A stretch of 64,000 nt of DNA from Macrostomum lignano (lineage: Eukaryota). The notes beneath the pieces are model-generated. The model was given only the letters and a program-made list of their open reading frames with translations. It made no database searches and was not told the DNA's origin. Below are positions 55,471 to 64,000 of this stretch, piece after piece (position 1 is the first letter of the stretch; every line of letters starts with the position of its first letter). Position numbers and translations under genes: made by a program. The stretch lies in NCBI GenBank assembly GCA_002269645.1, contig NIVC01000926.1, forward strand, positions 124,001-188,000, written 5' to 3'.

Positions 55471-55875
55471 TACCTAAAATAAATTATTTAGATTAGAGGC
55501 AGGCAGTAGATTTAGTAGTAATAGACTAAAAAGGCATTTAATTAAGAGAAAAATAAATGCATATAATTTTTCTTACGCTGACTGATGTGTTTCCAAGGAA
55601 TCCAGCCACTGCTCTTGAAAACTAGATGTATCTTCCCAATCCTTTCTTAGGACTTGTTCGGTTCTTGCTTCTCCTGTTCCTGATGGTCCTGATCCTAATG
55701 CTGATGTTGCTAAACATGCATCTGCAATTGTACTTATGCATGGCCTTTTTCTTTCGGAAGGTCTTGCAATTACAGAGTCACTAATTTGAATATCAACGTC
55801 TGGATCACACGAATTGGACGCATCAGCATCTATATCAACAGCTGAAGGCGAAGGCCTACGTCCATGACAACAAGA

Positions 55876-57200
55876 TCACTTTAAGGATTGCCTTTGAACA
55901 TTTATTTGCCTAACAATTTCTACTTCTAGATCAATTGTTTGCTGGTCACTTTCCAGCACCTTATCCATTTCCTGCTCCTGTAGACTTCCAGCTAAGCAAA
56001 AGGCACTTTGTTCCGCATGCCCTGTTGTTCGCGCAGTTTGAACAGCTTGATCTCGATTGGCTGCTATTTCCTGTGAATATTCTATAGCCTTTGCCAGTTC
56101 GTTACGATGTGAGCTTGCTGAGCATGCAGATGAGGGTGGCCTTTCACTTCGTGATGGTGAGCTAGGAGAACTTGTTGGTGAATTAACGATAGTTCCAATA
56201 TTCTCCTCCAAAATCCAATTTGCGCCTGAGCAGTCATTTTCTTTACCTGGAGTCAATTTGCCAAGTTTCCACCTTGTAAAAGCAAAGGCTTTTGTACTTC
56301 TCTGTTGGTGTAGGACACCGGTTTATGGAATAGTCTTCATGGCCAACTTCATCCCATTCTTTTGCTGGATTTAGGATGTAGTTAGGCTTATCTCTTAAGG
56401 TTGAGTAAATTGATTCAAAAAATGTGCACCTGTTATTGTGTGTACTTCGAGCATATATTATCATGTCATGTACATTACGCCTTCTTATTTCAGCCAAGGA
56501 ATCGTCAATTGCAAGCTTGTCTAAAAAAATAGGCCTTCTTTGGGTTAATGCATCTTAGCTAGCCGCAGTTTTCCAATGCTACCTCTTGAACTAGCATCAT
56601 CAGTTCTAGAATAGTCTCTTTGATGCAAGAGGATGACGGCCATTGCACTTTTACCATTTCCATTTTTTAATGCATTTGGATCAGTTGGCAGTGTCCTACT
56701 AGCAGACTTGAAGAAACTAGCAATAGACAACTGTGATGATCCTGCAGAGGCAGGAGCTGTTCTTGGTAGCCCATGTCCAGCTTTTCCTTGGTATCCAATA
56801 GAGGAGTCAGTGAAAAACATATCTGCTGTTCCCAGTTTTTCCTTTGATGCTATTACAAACAAACTATTTCTCTCTTTGAAGCTAGTTCGATAGAAGTTAG
56901 CAGAAAATGTTATCACTGGCTTTCTAACATCACCACTATATTCTTGGACACCAATCAAAAGAAAATCACGCAGTCGTACAGATTCTAAAGTTGAGGCAGT
57001 AGCACTAGTTGGACAAACTTTTTTAACTCTATGAACTCTGCATATTCCTGCGATCCAATATTTGGTTCATCTGTATTAAGCTCATTAATGACTATGGAGC
57101 ACTCTTGAGCTAGGCAGTTATTAAAAAGTAATATGAGCATCATACTATGCAGAACACTCAAACAATGAGTGCAAGGCATGATCCTTTCTTTGTCTTTCAT
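55876..57200 (-). pseudogene. Lamin-tail-domain (LTD)-like region upstream of the hAT transposase, frameshifted
   Basis: Signal-like LILLFNNCLAQ, then IVINELNTDEP...AEFIELK; later VHDMIIY, EWDEV...SINRCP and TPGKEN, which match the start and end motifs of LTD folds. Confidence 0.55.
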
Positions 57201-58439
57201 TCAAAGACGAAATTTCTGGCTACAATGTTAAGGAATTTTTTTTGTTAGGGATAGCTGTGATCAAATAGTAATGATACAACTGGTATAAAATGAAAATAAA
57301 CTCAATAACATATTTTTTGGTAACTTACCTTTGACTTGTAATTACTAACTGAATATAATAGTAACACCAAGGATTCCACAAAGGCTACTGGATTGAAGTT
57401 AAGTTTAAAGGGCTAAAAGTCGAAGGTTAAATAAAATGAGATATACCTGTAAAGCAAGAGAGAGATCTTCTTTTTATGGGCAAAGCAAAGTCAGCGCGGC
57501 AAAGGTAGCATGGGCAAAGGTAGAGTGAAGTAAAAGAAAATGCCAAAGAGCAAAATATGTACAAGAAAAGGTCAACCAACTGTGCTAGTTGGATTTTTAT
57601 ATGATAAGATTAAGAACAAAAAGAGCCTTGGAAATGGTAAGGACAGCGGCTGCACATGTATGCTAATGGTAGCCGGTGCTTGGTAGCACAAGGAGTATGT
57701 TGACGTTTGGAAATTTAGCACATGGGAATGAAATATTCAACACTAGCACTATTGTACTTAGGATGGCTATGTTCAAGTTTAGTATATTTGGACTATACAT
57801 TTTAGGATTTTATTTTTTCCAAAAGGGTAAGTTTGACAAGTGTACTGTTTGTATGTACTTTTATAAGTATATATTTCTTTCTCGTTGTCCTTTCAATAAG
57901 AGCCTATAGCTACTAAGCTACATGTATTACCACATTCATTTTCACTCATTTCTATAGCAAACTATTCACGCATACAAAAACTATGTATATGTAGATTGTA
58001 GACATTGTTTGTTTATGGCCCATGCATCAATGCTGTGAAGCAATATAGCATTGTCGCACCGAAAAAAAGTTATATACTATTACTCTGAAATAATCTCTAA
58101 AATGATGTTAAATGTCCAGTTTCCTAAAAAATAGCAATAGAGGCCTGCATGAATGCACAGCAAGCTCGCCGGTGAGTAAAAACCTCCGTAACTCTGTTGG
58201 CCTTCTTTAAGTCCCATAAAAAGGCGTAGCGCAAAGGGTAGTCGGGTGAAAATGAATTTAATGAAACAATATGAAACTTTAGTTCATAACTTCATACCAT
58301 AGACATAAGTATATATATAATTATAGACACTCATATTATTAGCATTGCTATACTCCCAGCCATGCTTGAGTGCCTCATTAATGCATAGTTTAGCAGTACT
58401 CGTTATAATAGATGTATAAAAACAAACAAGTAAATTTTA

Positions 58440-59600
58440 GAAATTCAGTTTTTCAACATTCGTAATTCGTAATATCTTGTTTTGCAAAATGTTTTGTAAT
58501 GTTTTATAATGTCTTGTTTTGTAATATTTCGTGAAAACATTGAAACTTAACTTGAAGACAAGTGAGGTGGGGGTGGAGAAGAACTTTCTTAGAACGGTTG
58601 TTTTTGAATTTGCTGACACCAGTGAGGTGGGGCGGATTCCTCGTTTGAATTGCCGCCGGCGTTGAGTTCGCACGAATAAAACCGGAAAAACGCGCAGACG
58701 AATCACAACGAAATTTCTTCTCCTGTTTTACTCCGACAGCCGGGTTCTCAAGTCCGGGGGGAGGGTAGTTGTAATCGTAGCGGAGCGGTCGTATAGCGGC
58801 CCGGTCGTTCAGATCCGTAGACTCAATTGGTCTTGACACCGTAAATCTGCTTTTGAATTGTCGTACTGATTACTGTCAGTAGAGTAGCGCTGCCACCACC
58901 GTAATTTGATCCGTATTACGGAACGTTGGGATCTCAGAGCTCGCTTAGAGTTGAGATCGATTCGGTTGTTTAACGCCCCACGGGCAAATGACTCACGATA
59001 ACTATTATGGGCTTCGTCAACGAGATAGACTTAATTATTAGTTAATTATTATTATTTATTGATGTTGTACTAGCAGGCGTAAATTGGCAAAATAAAGTTA
59101 AATTCAGACGATTGATCCTCGGCCGGTGCCGGGTGGGACGACTAACTGAACAAACTAGTAGATCGAGACTAAATAAGTACTAATTTAACTTCGTGCACAA
59201 CAGGAAATTAAACACTAAACAGACGAGTACACGAGGGTTCACGAAGCGGAATGGAACAGAAAACGAACAAGTAGGAGGCAAGGGAAAGGAAAGAGGGGAG
59301 GAGGGAGGAATGAAAACTTGCGGCCCGAAATGGCCTTAATAAATAATGGGGCGATGTCATCCGGACGGGGATAGAGCAGCAGATGGGGCAGGAAGGCGAA
59401 GGATGGGGCAGGAGATGGGGCGAAGGATGGGGCAACGGACGACAACAAAGCCGGGAATGAGAATAACAAAAAATTACGCGCGACGGCAAAAGATGGGGCG
59501 AGGGATGGGACATGGGACGGCGCAACGGGTGACACAGAACGCGAGAGTCATTGCGGTGAGGTCACCTGTTCCAAACGTGGTAGTGCGCCCTACCACAGGC
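58440..59600 (-). repeat. LTR-like region plus PBS-like site and leader, downstream of the Gypsy pol
   Basis: Homologous to 35590-36090 and 42250-43160; minus strand TGGTGGCAGCG at about 58888-58898; exact LTR ends not resolved. Confidence 0.55.
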
Positions 59601-59645
59601 GCCGGGGCGCCGTGCGCTAAAAGAAAACTAGCAGTCTCCCGGCTG

Positions 59646-60250
59646 CTACTGTTGACGTCCTCTGCCGGAGCCGCGGCCTCGACGAGTGGGTGGCGGTCGG
59701 GCAGTCGCAGCGTCGGTCTGGGCGGCGGCGGCGTCGGCCTGGGCAGCGGCGGCAGCTTCTCGTACGGCGGCGCGAGGGGCTTCCAGGAGGCAGACTTGGC
59801 CGTCCACGAGATCCAGCCTCTCCGGGCGCTTGCTGACGACCAAATCGCGGAACAGGCGGAGTCGTGGCGGCCAGCCGTGCTGCAGGTGGCCCGCCTCCCA
59901 GAAAGCCATAGTCACCAGGATCGCCAGCGCAGGTCGAGGCTGGTAGCCGGCCTGACGATAGGCCTCCTCTGCGGCTTGGAGCGTATCTTCCAAAATGTCC
60001 CGGGTGGTCTCGGGGGGCATCCAGCCGCAGAGTGTGCGCCACTCGCCGTCCACGCGAATTCGGCCTCGACGGGCTGCATAACCGAGTGCCCCGCGTAGAG
60101 CATCGCGCAGCCGGGCTCGCGCCACCTCGGTTCCTGTAGCGGTTGCCGCATAGGCCCTTAGTGCCTCGGCCTCGCCCGGGCGCAGGCCAGCTCCTGGAGT
60201 TGACGGGGCGGACGCCTGGGGTGCGGGTTCTCCCATGTTGCCGTTCTGCA
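59646..60250 (-). CDS. Extra GC-rich ORF (about 200 aa) downstream of Gypsy pol, function unknown
   Basis: Open frame from MQNGNMGEPAP to RGRQQ*, same strand as gag-pol, with a folded-looking central region. Confidence 0.5.
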
Positions 60251-60727
60251 TAATTCCGTAGCCGGAGTTGTCGATAGACTTACTTAAAATTGCTGACAAA
60301 GGCGCAGAGTCGCAAAACCAAAATTGGAAAAAAACAGAGCAGGAGAGTTGGGGCTTCAGATATATATTGCTAACCACGCATCCGATGGACAGGGTTTGTC
60401 CTTCCGATGGTGGGGGTCCGTCACCCCCATGCACTCTAACGAGGCACACAACGGAGGTGAGGTGGGTGAGTGAAAAGAGAGCAATAAAATTTGGCCGCGA
60501 GGAGGGGTCCAAAACCTCCTACCTTAACTGAAGGCGGCAGTGCCTTATTGATTAAAAAGGGGCGCCTTAAACGGCTTACATTGGAAAGGGGTAAGCGTTT
60601 GAAAAAAGGGAAGCCTCGCAAACATTAGTTAAAATGATAAAAATGATAAAATAGTGAGAGGCTAGCCAGCTCCTTCTGACTAAAATTATAACAGTAATTA
60701 TAACCGTAATGAATAGCGTAGTGACCA

Positions 60728-63303
60728 CTAACAGGTTATCGTACGGGGATTCCGGCGGGTCGATGGCTTCTTGCTCGGTGGAGGGCTAGGGTGGCTGCTG
60801 TCAAAGACCTTCGGCGCCGCTGCGCCAGTTAACGCGGCTGGCTGCTTACTTTGGTCCTCGTCTGCTGCCTCTCGCTGAGCCTCCTCCATGCATTCAGCGT
60901 CGTCCTCTGGCCGTCTCGATAGGCCGTCGGCATTCTGGTGCTGACTCGATTTGCGATGCTGGATCTCGAACTCGAATTCGCTTAGGCGCTGTAGCCATCG
61001 TCCAAAGATGCCTACTTGTTGAGTTCGCCGGAGAATCCAGGTCAACGCTGCGTGATCAGTTCGACAAATAAACTTCTTGGCCAGCAGGTAGAATCGGAAA
61101 TGTCGCATGCCGTCTACAACTGCCAAGAGTTCCTGCTTTGTTATCGGATATCGCGCTTCAGCTGGTTTGAGTCGCCGGGAGAAATAGCCAATTGGTCGTT
61201 CGATTCCATTAGCTTGGCGCTGGCTCAGGCATGCTCCGATTCTGGTCGCAGAAGCATCCGTGTCCAGGACAAACATGACGTTGGGGTCTTCGCTGAACTG
61301 CGGATACGCGAGCACTGAGGTCGAAGTCGTGGCCGCTTTAAGCTGGTCGAACGCGTCTTGTTGGGCTTTCCCCCATAGACAATTAAAGTTGCGAATTTTC
61401 TCTTTAATTACATCGTGGAGTGGAGCTGCCAACTCTGCGTAGCCAGGTACAAATTTTGCATAGTAAGCACACGTGCAGACGAAACTTTTCAGTTGCCGGG
61501 CAGTTCTTGGTCTCGGCCAGGTTTGGATTGCTTCGATTTTCGCCGGATCTGTCTTGATGCCGTCTTTCGTAACTAGATGTCCCAAATAATTGAGGCTTTC
61601 CCGAAATAAATGACACTTCTTGCCTTTGAACTTTAAGTTAGCGTCTTGGACTCGTTTGAAGACTTCCTCCATATGTCGAAGATGGTCGTCGAATTTCTTG
61701 GAATACACGATGACGTCATCCAAATAGGCTATGGCACTTTTGTAGGCTATCCCTTGAAGTACAGCGTTCATGAGGCGCATGAAGCTGGCTGGTGCTGAAC
61801 TTAATCCCATCGGCATAACATTGTAGGCAAATTGCCCTCTGTGCAGCGTAGCAAAGGCTGTCAGATCTTGGTCTTCTGGACGCAGAGGTATCTGATAATA
61901 ACCGCTATTCAAGTCGAAGGTGCTAAATAGTTGACTTCCTTCGAGACTGGCGAATGCTTCTTGGATATTCGGTATCGGGTACGGAAAGTACTCACACTTC
62001 TGGTTCAGACTCCGGAAATCTTGTACAATTCTCAGGCTTCCGTCCTTCTTTGGGATGATCACGAGCGGGGTGTTGTAATTCGAGAAGCTTGGTCGGATCA
62101 CGCCTTTGGCAAGCAGATCATCTAGTAGCTGGTCCACTTTGGGCAACAGGTGCGGCGGAATCCGTCGGGTCGGCAGGTGTACTGTACAGGATCCTTATCC
62201 TTCAGTACGATGTTGTGGGTGACCAGGTGAGTTCGACCTAGATCGTGCGGTCCTTGAGAGAAGATGTTCTTGTACTTCTTCAGCAGCTTGATGACTTGAG
62301 CGCGCTGGTCACTGGACAAGTCCTCGCCGATATCGATCTCTTTAATCCAAGCATCCGGATCTTCGTCCTGAATCTGCTTGACAGAGACTTCTGGCCGTGG
62401 AAGCGGGTAGAATTGCAGTTCTGGCAGTCTAAGTGGTCTCGCAATCCCGATAAGTGCATTCGCTCGCACTTTAATAGATGTTGTACCGCGATTAATCATT
62501 TCGATTGCACCTTCACCATTGGCCATAGATATTAGCGCAGGCGCAGCGTCCAGGTGCTGCACCTCGTCTTCGCGTCTGGCTGGTTTCAGCGGCTCGATAA
62601 CTGCCGGTGTTCCTTGATTGTCTTCACGCCCTTTAGCTAGCTTAATTCTAATTCGGGCCGATGATAATGGTGGCACTGTGGTGCTTTCGGCCGTGTAGAT
62701 TCTGCACGTAGTAGCTTCGGCTCGTGTGTAGCGAAGTGGGGCGGCTGTGCCGTTATTGAAAAATAGCATCCCGGCTGCGAGGTCGAGGGAGTTGCTGTGC
62801 TTCTCCAGGAACTCGAAACCCAGGATGTTATCATGAGATCCTTGTGCTAGCAGAAAATTGACTGTCGACTCGAAGTTGCCGATCTTCATCTGGATTGCAA
62901 GCTGTCTTGCCATCTTGATTGGTTCGCCATTGTAGGTCACGATTCGCTCTAAACAGGGCTTGATTTGTCCACGCAGAGAGGGGTCGTCGATGCAGAGTCG
63001 GTGCCAAGTGCTGAATCCGAGGACCTCGCACTTAGAGCCAGTATCAAGCAAGAAAGCAAAATAACGCCCATTAATCTCACCAGTTATAAACGGGTCTCTC
63101 CGAGGGCGCTTGGGTGCAGAGTTCTGTACAGGTGCGGAGGCGGTCTCAGCAGTAGCCTGCTGAGCGACTAAAGTCCGCGACGGGGACTTTAGTGCTGGCT
63201 CGGCCGCTGGATTGCGCTGCCCCCGATGGCGCGTCCAGCCGTCGCGTTTCCCGAGCTGCTGCTGCGCTGGGGCGCGTTGCTGGCCGACCGTCGATGCGGG
63301 CAC
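60728..63303 (-). pseudogene. pol: Ty3/Gypsy pol: aspartic protease, RT, RNase H; integrase absent; frameshift at about 62180
   Basis: FLLDTGS; DLNSGYYQI, VMPMGLSSAPASF, AYLDDVIVYS; LDTDAS, KQELLAV, RTDH, NADGLSR; then a low-complexity tail and stop. Confidence 0.95.
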
Positions 63304-64000
63304 TCCTCAGCGCGATGCTCCCGGTTGCACCTGTAGCACATTGCACTCTGGCGTCTTAGCTGATAAGGCGGCGGTCTCGAACTCGGCTGCGGCGGCTGTT
63401 GCGGCTGCGGCCGCTGCTGCTGCTGCTGTCGCCGTCCTCCTGCCGGTGGCGTCCTTGGGGGCGGAATGCTGCCGTCACGCGGTTGCTGAAGCTGATGGAA
63501 CTGTTGATGCTGCACATTGCGTGTGCCGTTTGTCGCAAATTGAGCGCTTCCTTCAGCGCTGCGGCGAGGAGTCATGGGTACCAGACATCGGTTGCGCTGG
63601 CCCCAGGAGTCCCGCGGCTGGTGGCGAGCAGGTTCATATGGCTCCGGGGTGTCGTTATCTCGCGATCCCCGTGAGTAGAACTTTCGCATCTCATTGCCCA
63701 GGGCTTCTAGTAGACGTCGCTGCTCCTGCAGTGTCTCTGACTGTTGCTCCATCACTTCTCGCAACCAATTTTCCTCGGGCCGAGGTGACTTGTCGTGTTG
63801 CACTCCAGTTGGTGGCTGACAGTCGTCATCCTCGAGAACCCGTACATGTCTCGCGGCCGGCGGCGGTGCTACTCGCTGAGCCAGGCTCGCTGCTGTCTCT
63901 ATGCGTAGCACTGCCCTTCTCGCTGCGGTTAGATTCTGCGGCCGTACCAGGATTAGCTGCTCTCTGGCTGACTGGGCGATTCGCACTCCGACCGTGAACT
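63189..64000 (-). CDS. gag: Ty3/Gypsy gag, C-terminal part (continues beyond the window)
   Basis: Zinc knuckle CYRCNREHRAEEC, Q/P/R-rich, overlaps the start of pol. Confidence 0.8.
   Translation of the reverse strand, partial: FTVGVRIAQSAREQLILVRPQNLTAARRAVLRIETAASLAQRVAPPPAARHVRVLEDDDCQPPTGVQHDKSPRPEENWLREVMEQQSETLQEQRRLLEALGNEMRKFYSRGSRDNDTPEPYEPARHQPRDSWGQRNRCLVPMTPRRSAEGSAQFATNGTRNVQHQQFHQLQQPRDGSIPPPRTPPAGGRRQQQQQRPQPQQPPQPSSRPPPYQLRRQSAMCYRCNREHRAEECPHRRSASNAPQRSSSSGNATAGRAIGGSAIQRPSQH

Overview
Repeat-dense eukaryotic nuclear DNA with GT-AG introns, probably from an invertebrate (inference; the host cannot be fixed from sequence alone). No clear host housekeeping gene is present. The main feature is a complete but decaying 29.2-kb Maverick/Polinton (adintovirus-like) element at 4159-33385. 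It has AGTAGT...ACTACT termini, 341-bp TIRs that are themselves long hairpins, and a 6-bp GGTGTA target-site duplication, and it sits inside a NOF/Foldback-like MULE transposase locus. It encodes protein-primed PolB, a pX-like core protein, a fibre with discoidin and L-lectin-like domains, an adenain-like protease, penton, packaging ATPase, major capsid protein, an HNH endonuclease and a PLA2-integrase fusion. Later insertions are a 1998-bp solo LTR in polB and a 9.3-kb head-to-tail dimer of a Helentron-like non-autonomous element in the HNH gene; that dimer carries 51-bp minisatellites and tRNA-like cassettes. The most notable observation is a 329-nt group I (IC1-type) self-splicing intron at 30800-31128, with a fully base-paired catalytic core. 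It lies in the YxG|PG calcium-binding loop of the viral PLA2, next to the free-standing HNH gene. The right half holds a DUF4806-like gene, a spliced CxxH DDE transposase with a Tudor-like C-terminus, a hAT transposase preceded by a lamin-tail-like domain, MITEs, satellites, and an integrase-less Ty3/Gypsy element with an extra ORF. Domain and family names come from motifs recognised by eye, not from database searches.
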